Source: Felis catus | Taxonomy: Eukaryota | Assembly (NCBI RefSeq): GCF_018350175.1 | Contig: NC_058368.1 | Span: 129,830,001-129,894,000 of the forward strand | Direction: 5' to 3' | DNA length: 64,000 nucleotides | Position numbers and translations under genes: made by a program | Part shown: positions 48,583 to 61,769 of the stretch, piece by piece | How the letters are laid out: every line of letters starts with the position of its first letter | Numbering within the stretch: the stretch's first letter is position 1 | Notes under the pieces: generated by a model | Database searches by the model: none | Told to the model about the DNA's origin: nothing | Seen by the model: the letters and a program-made list of their open reading frames with translations, nothing else

Positions 48583-50468
48583 GGTGCTTCCTCAGAATTG
48601 TGGTCTATGTTGCGTCAGGAGAAGATCACATGACTGTGTATGTGCTTATGCTATGTGTATACAATTGACTGATCCCATGAATGTGAGAGTAAAAGAAAAT
48701 GAGTAAGTATGCTCGTAAAAAGTGTGAAAAACAAGCTGAAGCAAGAGAAAGGAATAAAAGATTGTTCTGGAAGGAAAATAAAAAAGAATAGTCTTCTTGA
48801 TGAGTTACTGTGTTTTCTAAATAAGTTAACAAAATGGAACCACGTGACTACTTTGAGATGGATGAGATGGATTGATTAGTATAAGAATGCTCAGCCAAGT
48901 GTCACAGTCTTTCACACTTACTCCTTAGAAACCACTAACTTCATGATGTGATCCCTGGGGGAAATTTCCAAACAGTGGAAATTATGAATGTCCAACGTGA
49001 GACTACCTGGGTGCCACTTAACATGGTATAGCCTTTAGGATATTATACTGTGGTAAAATTTACTTAAAATATAAATGTGTGTTTTTAAGTCCTCGGATAG
49101 GTGAAATAGCTTGTTTTTAGTTTTGTTTGGGTAATTTTAATTGTCCCACCAAATGCCATGTTAATTCTAGATCTTGTCTCTTGCTCTGCCAAATTTTATA
49201 TTGGCTTTTAAAAACATATTTAAAGAATGGCTCCAACTTTTATAAAGGGTCATATCTGCTGCTATGAACTTGTGTGAGGATTTGAGAATGTTATGTCTCT
49301 GTCTATTGTTACAGTAATGGGAGGGAAAGAACCTATTGGTGGGAACTTATTTTTTTTTTTTTTTTTAAGTTTATTCATTTTTGAGAGGGAGTGCAAGCGG
49401 GGAGGATCAGGAAGAGAGAGGGAGAGAGAATCCCAAGCAGGCTCTGTGCTGTCAGCACGGAGCCCAACTTGAGACTCAAGGTCATGAACTGTGAAATGAC
49501 TTGAACAGAAATCAAGAGTTGGATGCTTAAAGGACTGAGCACCCAGGTGCTATTTTTGGTGGGAACTTTTAAAGGAGGAGAGACTCAACAGGACTAGCTT
49601 GATCAAAAACAAAACAAAACAAAAAAAACAAAAAACTGTGTGCTGAACACTGAACAGGAGAATTTTATTTTATATATTTTGAGGAGTGAGGGGGAGAGAG
49701 GGAGAAAATGAGCGAGAGAGAGACAGAGAGAGGGAATCCCAAGTAGGCTTTGCCCTGACAGTGCAGAGCCCAATGCTGGACTTAAACTCATGCACGATCA
49801 GATTGTGACCTGAGCTGAAGTGGAGTCAGCCGCTTAACAGACTGAGCCACCCAGGCGCTCCAGGGAGAATTTTAGTATAGCATGGTGCTTATCCTTTCTG
49901 TAGTACACAATCTCTTACCTGACTCCTAGGAAAAGGGGCTCGTAAAAAGGAGAATAAAAACTCAAAAAATTTATTGCTGAAGTCTTTATAAGTTGCTCTT
50001 GAAGTAGTGTTCTTTGCTTTGTCCATCTGACAAATCCATTGTATTGGATGCCTGAGACACAGCTGTGAACAAAGATAAGGTCCCAAATGGGGAGGGAGGG
50101 TAGTTTCACCTTTTCTTCACTCCTAACGAATTGTGATCCTTTGGATACATGAGAGCATCATGTAGGCGCCAGTGGCAGAAGACAGGTTTGTGGCTGTGTT
50201 AGGATTAGAGGACTTTAGGGATCTGTAAGATGGGTCACAGCGACCCTTGTGGGCCTCAGTTATACCGGTGGCGTGTTTGAGAACAAAAGGAAAATGAGAG
50301 TTTGCTAAAAGATATGTAGGTAACATGTGTTACTGGTCTTTAGGAGTGTCCTTCAGTGAAAATGAATAGATATCAGTTGAGACATTGGCAGTTTGATTGG
50401 AAATTGTTATTGAGGTAGATAGATCTTGTACCCACCAGAGTTTCTGTCGTGAAACATTTTGGTAATTT

Positions 50469-50570
50469 GATATATATATCTATATATATCTATATATATA
50501 TCTATATCTATATTTATAGATATATATCTATATATCTATATATCTATAGATATATATCTATATATATATC
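50469..50570. repeat. (TA)n/(TATC)n compound microsatellite
   Basis: Directly readable. Confidence 0.95.
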
Positions 50571-51414
50571 ATGAGTAAACGGAAGCAAATTTATATTTAA
50601 GCCTTAAATTAAAGAAAAAAATGATGACTACCAAAATAACTACCTTTTTTTGTCATTAAGAACATACAGGTGTTTTTAAAATTTCTTGTTATGAAATACT
50701 TAATATAAATTGCCATATACCCATCATCAAGATTTAGTAGTTTGCATTGTGTCATTTTTGTTTTATCACTTTTATCCTAAGGTATTTTAATTTAAAGATT
50801 TCATGAGATTTTATTATGAAATACTTGAGTATTCATCCGTAAAAAGATTATTTTGTTTATTATCATTTAACTTTTACCAACCTAAGAAAAGCAAAAATAG
50901 TGATTTAATACCATTTGATACTTTCAGCACATTTTCTACATTGTTCTCAAATATAGTTTAACAAATGGTTGGTTTGAGCCAGAAGAATGACTAAGGTGGA
51001 TACTCCTAAGTGTGTTTTAATTTAGAATAATATTCATTTCCTTCCCTCCCCTTTTTTTTTTCCATGCCACTCACTTGGTAAAAGATTTCGTTCAAATGTC
51101 TTACAGGATGTTGTATATTATGTATCTGTTGATTTTACGCCTTATTGATTAGAATGAGGTTAAGCGGGTTTTACCACTATTAGATTATGGGTAATAGTTT
51201 GTGCCCCACTATTGGTGATTAATTACAAGACATTGATTTTTAAAGTTTATCAGGCTAATTTTTCTTAGGGGAAAGTTGTTAGAACAGTGGTCTTGAGGGT
51301 AAAAAAGCATTAGAATATTTTAAATGCCAGAAGAAATCAAACGTCCTGTAATGGTTCCCTTTTGACATTCAAGGAATCAAGTCTTGGGACTTATCAGTTA
51401 AAATCACTCAGCAG

Positions 51415-51429
51415 CCAGTGGGTGGCGCT
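51415..51429 (+). promoter_or_regulatory. Candidate CTCF site CCAGTGGGTGGCGCT
   Basis: 14/15 match to the CTCF core; it retains a CpG in an otherwise CpG-poor intron. Confidence 0.5.
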
Positions 51430-52631
51430 GTTTCTTGTGGTTTAGGAAAAGAAAATGCAAGTATTGATGGATCTTGTAAACCAGTACCTAAAATGTTTCA
51501 TTAAATAGCTTATTTTCATATTGTCTTACTGAATTGTCTCCCTTCTGCCTCTGTATTTTTGAGAAGAAAATGTAGAAGAAATATTTTTTATTTCACCTAT
51601 TTCATTTTTTCCCCTTTTCCCACTGAGCCTTCTATAAGCATACGTCAGTTGGTGTTTTCTGGAGCAGGTAGAAGCTTGAGTGTGTAGGATAGCTGACAGT
51701 GTTTCTTCCCAAGTTCTTTTGGTCTCTTTCTTCATTATCTGTCTTTGTCCTTTTACTGTTGGGCTGAAAGGGTCGTGCCATTGCTGCCTCTTCATTTCAG
51801 CCATCTCTGTGTACAGACCTTTTTTTTTGTAGGCTAGTTAAAAAGAATCTTGAATATAGAGCTTTGATAGTTGCCTAATGCCCTTAACCACGTGCTTAAC
51901 TCCAGACCTGGAACATAAGACAAAGGAGAATATTGATTAAAAGTTTTCCCTATATACTGCTGGTTTTTTCTTGATTTGTGCCTTAAATGCTGTATGGCTT
52001 CATTCAGCGATACGCGCTGTGTGCCAAAGCTACTTAGGTGCTTTTCATATTTTATGACTAATTAAAGGAGCACTTTCATACTATTAACTTTTCAGGGCTA
52101 GAAAGAAGGAAGAATTAATAAATAAAGATCTGTGTCCTTAATATCTAAAAACCTTATGGCATTGTTTTTTTAAGAAATGGGGATGCAAATTCCAAACATT
52201 GTTGAAAGTTTCTTAAGGCAGAATGGTAGAACTTTGGATATTCTGAGTTACGCAACTTTCTTACACACGTTTAAAAAAGGAAAAGAGGATGATTTTATGG
52301 AGCAACATAGAATTTTATTAGGATGAGTTTGATTCTACCATGATGAAATACTTCCTTTTGTTTACTCTTCTGATATTGAGAACCTTTGGTTCAGTATTCA
52401 CAGTTGTTCTGTGGTATATTTTGTTTTTCGTGTTGGGTGTGAGTGGGGAGGATTTTATGTTTGGTATGTATATTGTAATGTACATTGTGCATATGCAGGT
52501 GGTAGCATTCTGTAAAGGGATATTCTCCTGGTAATAAGAAGTAGTGCCTGAAAAATTATAACAGTAAAATAGTTATGCCATTTTGCTATTGTTCTTATAA
52601 AGCACCTTTAAAAATAAATCTGACGTGTTTT

Positions 52632-53222
52632 TGTTAGCTAAGATGCAAGGAGAAGTTACTCAAAGAGGGCTAAAAGTTAACAGTAGAAGGAAGGAGGGGA
52701 AGGGACAAAATCAGGGAAGAAATGTGTTTTGTTTTGCCAAACCAGCAGTTCTAGCCAAGGAGACTCCCAACTAGGTGTTGCATCTGAGAGCTCCTTGCTT
52801 TGTGTATCTCCCCTGATAGCCCCTTACATGAGTCAGTTTGAGCTGGGTTGGAGCTGAGGACCTGCACAGAAGCCCTTCGGAGTTGTCTTGAAGTTACAGT
52901 TAGTTCATTATAATACTAAGGTCTCCTATGGGCAGAGTTTTCTCCCATTTTTTGAACATGGGATATATGCACTAGCAAGCATGTTGACATGCTATGCATG
53001 TGTACTTGAACCAAGGTGCGTATGGGAGCTCCCTGCCACTGCCCTTGATACACTGAATAAAGGCTTCCTGCACTAACCCCACAGGGACAGAGTTCTTTGA
53101 GAGCCGTCTCCCTGTCTCCTTACTTGTAACAAGTAATACAGAATTCGTTACTTTCAACACTTCCTTGGGTTGTGTTCCATTTGATGCACTCCCAAGCAGT
53201 GGACCTCTCGAATAGGGTCACA
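52632..53222 (+). mobile_element. Probable ERV solo LTR (family not identified)
   Basis: A 591-bp block, more GC-rich than its flanks, with TG...CA termini, near-matching 5-bp flanks gtttt/gtttg and U3-R-U5-like organisation. Confidence 0.5.
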
Positions 53223-54402
53223 GTTTGAAAATATGCTGATGGTTTAGGCTGACAGGTTATCATACATACATGATATATGTTTGTTTATTTTGAGAGAGAG
53301 GGACAGCGCAAGCGTTTGAGCCAGGAAGGGGCAGAGAGAGAGGGAGAGAGGATATCAAGCCAGCTCCTTGCTGTTATCACAGAACCTGATGCAGGGCTTG
53401 ATCCCATGAACTGAGATCATGACCTGAACCCAAATCAAGATTCGGACACTTAAATGACTGAGCCACCCAGGTGCCTTTCGTTATATATTTTTTTCTTGAG
53501 CTGGTGTCAGATTCCATTTGGTCATTTTTTTTTGCTCAACCTTAAGCTTATTTTTAAGGAACTAGGGAATGGTTCATTACTATTTTCTTTCTGGAGTCTG
53601 GCATGTACTGTTTGAGGAGGGCATTGAGAATTAGAAGGCCCCATGACTCTTAGAATTAATGAATGGAACTTGCTCCAAATTTTATATGCATATAAAAATT
53701 ATATAAGAAGAATGTTCAGTTTGTATTAGGTATTCCATGTAAATAATGGAACAAAAGTACATGTTTTTCTGTTGAGTGGCGTAGAAAGGGTGAGATTTGT
53801 AGAAGGACCTTAGGTGAGATTCTGATTCACACAATTTATTGTATCCATATTAAGAGCATTATTGATCTTAGTGAATTTGGGGAATTTTTCCTTTTTGTTA
53901 TGAAAATAAAATTCTACCATTATTGAATTGTCATATAACTTTTGGAAAATAGGATTTACTCTGTTGACTCTGCCTATATGGGTATTAAGAGATATTAGAA
54001 CATAGCTATTAAAAATGTAAGCTCTGAGCACCTTCTTTGGTTTCATTCCTTCCTCTTCCTCTTAATTATTTATGCTCTTTGCTCTTGTGCAAGTTTACTT
54101 CATCTTTTTGTACCTCAGTTTTCTTATTGTAAAATGGGGATAATACCTACTTTGTAGGAGGTGATGGTTAAATAAGGTGATGAAGGTAAACCAAGAGCAT
54201 TGCCTAGTGCAGAGTAGGGTTCAGTAAATGTCTGAATGTTGAAATGTCTGAATGTCTAAGTTATAATGTTAGTTTTGTTATTTTTATCATATAGTTAACA
54301 TGATCTGCATAAATACTTGTTTTTTATGAAACAGAAAAGAGTTCAAGTGACCTCACATAACAGTGATAGAAAAATTTTTTTGTACAGACAGTCCTGCACA
54401 TT

Positions 54403-54595
54403 AAATTTTTTTTGTTTGTTTTAATCCCTATTTTTGGGAGGGAAAGAGTCAGTGTGAGCAGGGGAGGAACAGATAGGGAGACATAGCATCTGGAGCCAGC
54501 CTGCTTCAGATGCTGTGTCTCCCTCTCTCTGTGCCCCTTCCCCACTCATGCTCTGTCTCTCTCTCTCTCAAAAATAAATAAATGTTAAAAAAAAA
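54403..54595. mobile_element. Palindromic fusion of two SINE 3' halves
   Basis: A minus-strand tail/body is joined directly to a plus-strand body/tail with no tRNA-derived head between them. Confidence 0.88.
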
Positions 54596-55885
54596 TAGAG
54601 ATGTGAAGGAGACTAGAAAATAATTTGTAAGCAAGAGGTTGGTTTAGAATGCTACTGTTTTTGTATGTGGAATTTGGGTAAGGCACCCCTTAGATTTTAT
54701 TTACTAAAGAGAGTATAAAACGGATGTAAAAATTATAGACAAGGCTATAGACTTCAGTTAACCTGGTTGAAATATTTGCTACCATAAGAAATTTACCTTA
54801 AAGCTTTACTTTCAGATCTATGTGCAATTCCTACCCTTTTCCTATCTCTAAATCTCTTTGTTTTCTCTCACTTTATTCTGGCGGATAAATACTTTGATGA
54901 TTTATATGTTTGGAAAAGTATATGATGCTCTAACCTACAATTACACAGCAAGTGTAATAAAAATCAAAAAGATGTATTTTCTGATTCTTAGGCATATATT
55001 TTAGTCTCATATTTTCAGAAAGGATTCGATTTACTAAGAAAAATACTGAAGTTCATTATAGTTAGAAAATCTTACAAATTTTTTATTTTGGTTTTCAGCT
55101 TATATCCCTTCTGATTATTTACTTCTCTGTCATAGCAGTGTTTCATGAGATGATGTCAGTTTTAGATCCTTAATTTTTTATGATACTGCTGCTTGTGCTG
55201 TAATACGGTGAGGTAATTATCACTACTATATTTTGGCGATCAAGAAATATTGGGATTAAATATTTTGATTACTTGAGAATATGTTGAAGTTACTTAATAA
55301 GTAGTCGTCGTACCTGTTGTTGAGCATGTGCACAAGGCAAGGGTGGGCCAACTGCTAGCCCTGACTGATCAGTTGGTGAAGATAGGACCTCTTTTAGATT
55401 CAGTTTGTTACTTAGAGAAAAGGAGTCAGCGATTGGTACCACCAACTCCCTGTGGCTTTTGATACACACCAAAAAGAATGACCAAAGCAATATGGGGCGA
55501 ATGACTCAGGTGCAAATTGTGGGATGCACCATTGCTGAGGAGCCAGTTCTAGACCATAACTAGTTTCATTTTCTACAGCTCTGTTTGAGGGAAATGGGTT
55601 AGAAAACTTTACATCTTACCAGAACCTAGGAGGTGAGAAGCTGTTTTATGACAGCTTAACTGAGGAGATAGGGAGGTGAGCAGGAGATGCTCTTGTAGTA
55701 GTTCCTTATAAGCCTTCCATTTCTTGTTTTTCAGGAGGATTGTAATATGTTGTGCTGATAATTCTCTTTGGGGCTCAAGCCTTTGTGTGACCTTTGTTGG
55801 TACATGCAAAATCACTAGGGAGATTTGACAGAGCTCTTTGCCTATACCTGTTAGCACACGCAGGTCATTAAAATGACTGAATTAA

Positions 55886-56093
55886 GGGGTACCTGGGTGG
55901 CTCACTTGGTTAAGTGTCCAACTCTGAATCAGCTCAGATCGTGATCTCAGGGTTGTGGATCAAGCCCCATGTTGTGCTCTGTGCTTAGTGTGGAGCCTGC
56001 TTGGGATTCTGTCTCTCCTCTTTCTGCCCCTCCCCTGCTTGCATGCCCACATGCTCGCTCACTCTCCAAAAATAAATAAATAAAATAAAAAAA
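55886..56093 (+). mobile_element. CAN-SINE with TSD actgaattaa
   Basis: Full element. Confidence 0.9.
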
Positions 56094-57003
56094 TTACTGA
56101 ATTAAAATAACAGAAATGGAATTTGTTTTTTTCATGGAAGTATTACTTTGTTTGCAGGATTACATTCCTGACTGGTTTCTGATGCCTAATCTTATCACAA
56201 ATCCAGTATTGAGTGGAAATGATAGACTTGTCTGGATTAAGAAAAACTTTTCCGAAGTGTGCTAATGATAACTAGTCATAAGTACTTTCATCTCACTTTT
56301 GTTTAAAGTAAATGGCCATGTAGACTCAGTTGAATTACTCTTAGACCTTCTGGAAAAAAAAAAATAATACAGGATACCATTAGAAATGGTTCTGCCTTAA
56401 CTTGGGAGGCAGAGGCCAACTGCATCCCACTGTGAGTCAGATGTTTTAAATACCAGTACAAAATCAGAAAGCAGCATGACAAGCATCGTGGCTTGTATGT
56501 TCCTGGCTTTTAAATGCCCCCAAACCACGTGGGTAGAACTGGCAGGACACCGAAATCTTTTGTATTTCTTAGTATATTGTTTTATCTGCTGTTCCCACTG
56601 ATAGTCTGTCAGTGTTTTAAAGTTTGTTTTAAATTATTTAACTAATCTGGATACCCATTGTGGGGCTTGAACTCATGGCCCTGAGATCAGAGTTGCATGC
56701 TCTTCCAACCGAGCCAGCCAGAAAAACAGAAAATGTCAGGCTGCAATGCAGGCATGAGACTAGTGGTTTGAGAAGAACGAGTCTGTTAAAGTGTGTGTAT
56801 GTGTGTTCATACCAGCAGCCAGCAAATGGTCCTTGATGCTGTGTGTTTGGCTTAATACAGTTTGAAATGTGATAAATGGCTTGACTGTTTCACATCTTAC
56901 TGAAAATGTGTGTTCAGGGTTAAAACTGAAATGTATTACTATATAGAGCTAATTGGTTACTGAAATCAATATTTTTTGTGAATTTGTTGATATTTCTTTG
57001 CAG

Positions 57004-57136
57004 TTAGCTTCTGGAATTTATAATTTTGCCTGCTCTCTGTGGAATCACCATACAGACACATTCCTTCAACAAGTTTCTTCTGGGAATGAAGCTGCAGTTC
57101 TAAGTTCATTAGAACGAACTCTGCTGTCATTGAAAG
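57004..57136 (+). CDS. IPO11: Importin-11 exon 6, LASGIYNFACSLWNHHTDTFLQQVSSGNEAAVLSSLERTLLSLK
   Basis: Acceptor tttctttgcag|, donor AAG|gtactg, 133 nt, ends in phase 1, compatible with the next exon. Confidence 0.96.
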
Positions 57137-59769
57137 GTACTGTTCAATTTGACATGTTCATTTCGGAAATGACCTATCTCAAAAGAGTCACCAATAGTTC
57201 CTCTGGTGGATTTTCTGCTCCCATTTGCCCTGGGAGAATGAGGGGTTAATTTCTCCCTCACAGACAAGGTGTTATTTGTGGTTGGTTTTTCTTTTGTGAG
57301 AATAGCTTTCTCTCTAATTTGTAAAAGTGTGGGATAGTTTTCTATTATATTCACATTACTGAGGTCTCAGGGCTCTGGACACATACCTTCCAAATAATTA
57401 TACTTCTTTTTGCTTCTACTTTAAACTTCTCTTTCTGGGTAGAAACCCATTCTGCCCTTATCATTGTCATGTTAACTTCACTAAACTTCAAGCATTAGTT
57501 GAGTGCTATCTTCCAGCTCTGTTTGCCCTGAGAACTCAGCTTCTGTCTTTCTTGTTTGATCTCAGGCCCACCTGGGTTTTCAACGGTGCTTGACGGTGTG
57601 TCATCAGTTATCCTCGGTTATCCTGTGCTTTGCTTGTAGGTATTCTCTTAGCATAAATCTTCATTTTACTTGCCCTTGAGCTATTTATCTTGATGAAGGT
57701 TTTCTGAGATTCTTTTCCTTGGTAAAACACTGTTTTGGCTCTTTGTCTGTCTTCCAGTCTCTCCTCTTCTGCTTACGCTCTTTTAGTTTGAGCTCTTCTT
57801 TTAGTTTGATTTCAGGCTGCCTTTAGTTCTCCTACTGTGGCTCATTTCGAATCCTTTTACTTTACTTGTAAACCCTTTTATCCTACTCCCTTAGTACCTT
57901 AGGATGCTGTTGTACACTCTTGGTACTGTTCTCCTGCATCACGTATGTTAACTAGACAGTGGATGTACAGACTTCAGGCTGTCGGCACATTCTGGTGAAC
58001 TTTGTAGACAAAAGTGGGAATATTTTAAGGGACTATTGACAAGTACAATTCATTGTACTGGTGGTTCATTACACAAGTGAGTGGAGATGGTTTTGTGACC
58101 ATTCTGGAGAAGAAATTAAAAGGATCTAGAGAGAAACATTTATCCAGAAAGAACTAGAGAAACTGGTATAAGGTCATAAATACAAAACTTGTGTCAGTTT
58201 TGTGTTTGATGATTAAGGAATTTTCATGAGTGCTTTCGGTTGATTTTCTTGCCTTAGTGATTTCAAAGTGTACTTCCTGACAAAAGGGATGCAGCCCTAT
58301 TCTCTATTAGCCTGCTTTTTACCTTTTCATTACTTCCCTATCTCAGGGTCTTAGATATACACCTTAGCATTTTTAAGGTATCCTAACCTGTTACAATCCC
58401 ATAGTATTTTCCTTTAAAATATTTGTTCTGCCTAGCTGTAAATTTCTGTGCCTTGAGCAATGCTTAAGACTACAGTTTTTGTTCTATATAATCTGAATTT
58501 ATACCTGTGTGCATTTAGTATCTTTTAGACATGCATTTATTCATTATTTCATTCAATAAATAAATTAGGTGTTTGACACTGGGTAGACAGGCATAATAAA
58601 ATGGTCATACAAATATGTGTAAAGTCACTCGCGACAGTGGTCTTACAATGTCATGATAGCTGGCAACATGGTCAGAAAGGACTTCCTTGAGAAAGAATCA
58701 TCCTAGGGCAAATTGAAGTTAACGAGGTGATGACTGGAGAAGAGAGGACCTTCTCAGGTGATGTGGACCAAGTTCTTTTGTGGGAACGAGTGAATGCAGA
58801 ATAAGGGACTCATTTTGAATTCTATTTTCTCCTTTTGTGATGATGTAACTTTTGAGTCGTATATAATTGGATGTGTGAAACTGATGATTCTATAGAGAGT
58901 TGAATTCTAAACCTATTTTTAATGTACTGCCTTTAGGCTGCACCTCATGAACACTAACTCTGAGTTGTAAAGATCACAGTGGTGTCTGTGTTTTCCTAAA
59001 ATGATGTGGTTTAGAATTTTGTAGTCTCATGCTGCCATCATCTTTGTGTTACTGATTTGTGCTGAGTGTTTTACTCTTGAATCCTTTAATAACGCTGTGA
59101 AGTAGGACTTGTTAACCAGTTTACAGACCAGCAATGTGAGATCTAGAAAAGTTGTTCAAAAGAATGTAGTGATAGACCTTGGAGCTAGCTTTTTACATCT
59201 AGATCTGACTTCCATTTGTTTATCCTGCTCGTCTCCTTGTGTACACCAGTTACACATTAAATGTGATGCTTATACTTGAGCACTGTAGTCTATTCCGGAT
59301 TTAGAAATAGTTGAGTTTTTATATCGCTTTTAGGTGATACGGTATTTTCATTAATGTAGCCTAAAACTAAATGAAGCATTTTGGTCACTGTTGAGACCTA
59401 TTTTCAAGGTTACGGAATAGAGATGACCATCTCAGTTTCAACCTCTAGGGGTTATTTCAGGCGAGAAATACTTACAATTAGAGAAGTTAAATGTTGCAAT
59501 ATAGTTTTAGAAACTTAAGTAGTTAAGATAAGTGAGAAGAACTCAGCTTTTGAGTTAAAAAAAACTTGGCTGTCATTCCAGCTTGCCTACCTGGAAATGA
59601 ACCAGTGACCAGGGATTATTTTTCTTTATCTATTATATGAAAGGATTAAGTTAGATTAACCCCCAGTCTTAATGAGGCTTTGTGATTCTGAGTCTTTATT
59701 GTGACTATGATTTTAATAGGATAAAATGTGAGAAAATCAGATGCAGTAAAGCTCAATTTTACTTTTCAG

Positions 59770-59828
59770 TGCTGCGTAAATTAACCGTTAATGGATTTGT
59801 GGAACCTCATAAGAATATGGAGGTGATG
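59770..59828 (+). CDS. IPO11: Importin-11 exon 7, (V)LRKLTVNGFVEPHKNMEVM
   Basis: Acceptor tacttttcag|TG completes GTG; donor ATG|gtaagt; 59 nt restores phase 0. Confidence 0.95.
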
Positions 59829-60879
59829 GTAAGTGAAAGAAGTTGCTGATTGTGACTTTGGGAAAGTGCTTGGTATTTTCCTCAGTGTTTTAAAGCTTAT
59901 TCTTTTTACTTGGCATTGATTTGTAAGTTTTTATAAAGTGACCGTTTACCATTTGTATATGTTACACTATACCTTTTTTGACTTGTGGCCTTTTTTCAGT
60001 GTATCAAAGCAGCTCCTTTGTGAAGAGAAGGAAATAGGCCTAGGACAGTTCTCAAGGGCCATGATGATACGTTGAGAGTGTTCATTTCAATTTGAATTTG
60101 GGTGAACCTCTTGAATTTGAATGCTATTAACAAATTTCCAGTTCCATTGTGGATATTTATATCCTTGATATTTCTCTTCGTCTGATGTTATATATTTAAA
60201 ATGAATTTTTTTCTTAAATCATAACATACATCCGTGCTCCTTGCAGTCAACTGAAAAATATATCCAAGAAGGGAAAGCCCTCTTGATAAGCCAACATTTG
60301 TGATTATATTCATGGTTGGTATAGCATCATCTGCTTTTCTGTATACAAAAATATATAGCTGTATATGTTTATCCCAAAACAAAATGATACTATATTATAT
60401 ATTTACCCAGATCTATGTTAGTTTTCTCAGGAAAGTTCAAGTTCGCTAAAATGTTGCTTTCTGTTGATTGCTTTGGGGGTACTGAACAGGAAGTTTGAAA
60501 AAAGTACATGGAATTGGTCTTTGGGTCTGACCTACCCTATTTGACCCGAGTTACTTGTTTGTTTGTTTTAAATCTTTAGTATGTTTTGTATGTCAGATTT
60601 AGATTGCAATAATGATTTTACTGTTAAAAGAATTTAAAAGCTGGTAATTAGAATCATTCAATGTTTACATGCTTTTTTTAAAGTTAAAAAGTAAGGAAAT
60701 AATCATTTGAAAACTTGCTATCAGAGATCTTGCTAAAATTTGTAAGTAAATGTTAAGACATTTTATGCTTTTCTCTCTTCCTCAGTATTCTGTAAAAGGT
60801 ACCCATATGCTGTTTCTTCCCTTGCTTTTTCCTACACTTAGTATGATAGTTTTCTTATGTCAGTAATATTATATGTTAT

Positions 60880-61113
60880 GTTTTTTGTTTTTTTTTTTTT
60901 AATTTTTTTTTTCAACGTTTATTTTTTTGGGGACAGAGAGAGACAGAGCATGAACGGGGAGGGGCAGAGAGAGAGGGAGACACAGAATCGGAAACAGGCT
61001 CCAGGCTCTGAGCCATCAGCCCAGAGCCCGACGCGGGGCTCGAACTCACGGACCGCGAGATCGTGACCTGGCTGAAGTCGGACGCTTAACCGACTGCGCC
61101 ACCCAGGCGCCCC
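60880..61113 (-). mobile_element. Young felid SINEC_Fc-type element with TSD tatatgttatgttttt
   Basis: CpG-rich body, intact A and B boxes, perfect TSD. Confidence 0.93.
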
Positions 61114-61769
61114 TATATGTTATGTTTTTAATGATTCTTTGGTGAATCCATGCATTTACTATCAGAGAGCTAATTTTTTCTTTAAATTATAACATTAATA
61201 TAGGATTCCTGTAAATTACTTGCCCACTTATCTGTTGATGGATATGTAGGTTGTTTCCAGTTTTTAATTGTTGGTAAATGATGCTGGAATGAACACTTGG
61301 ATGGATATGGGTATGTGTACATATATATTTCACTCACTATTCATCCCAGAGCTTGGAACAGTCTCTGCCAGTAATAAAAGCTCAATAGTTATTTTTAAAA
61401 TCAATGAATATATTATATAGTAGAAACATTAGGTCACATGGCTCAGTAATTATTTTTGTATGTAATATTCTGAGTGTCATAAAATTATGTTAACTAAAAT
61501 ATTGATGATTTCATCAGGGTTCTTTTTGTTTTTTAGTAAAAATGAATTGCTGATTTGAATCACATTACCATAAATTGGAAGAGTGGTTTTCATTGAAAAC
61601 TATCAGTGTTTTGTGAGCCTTTGGCTTTCTCTTAAGAGTCTTTCTTCTGTCTGCTGAAACTGTATTAACTTTTACTCTGTTATAAATGTTGTCTTGTAGC
61701 AGTTAAGGTTATACTGAGTAGTTGGAAACAAGATAGAATTTTAACAAGTTAAAATAACAAGTTTCAAAT

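Larger units (their letters stand above)
45030..49861. mobile_element. CAN-SINEs in intron 5 (minus 45030-45223, 45365-45605, 47555-47666, 49350-49552, 49665-49861; plus partial 46440-46618)
   Basis: SINE bodies with TSDs such as agccaactaggattt and ggagaatttta. Confidence 0.85.

Noticed and set aside
52955..53000. p53 response element in the CATG-rich LTR segment
   Set aside because: The CATG cores are separated by 4 and 5 nt rather than the canonical 6.
969..61113. tRNA-like A/B boxes
   Set aside because: All belong to tRNA-derived SINE heads; no cloverleaf tRNA gene was found.
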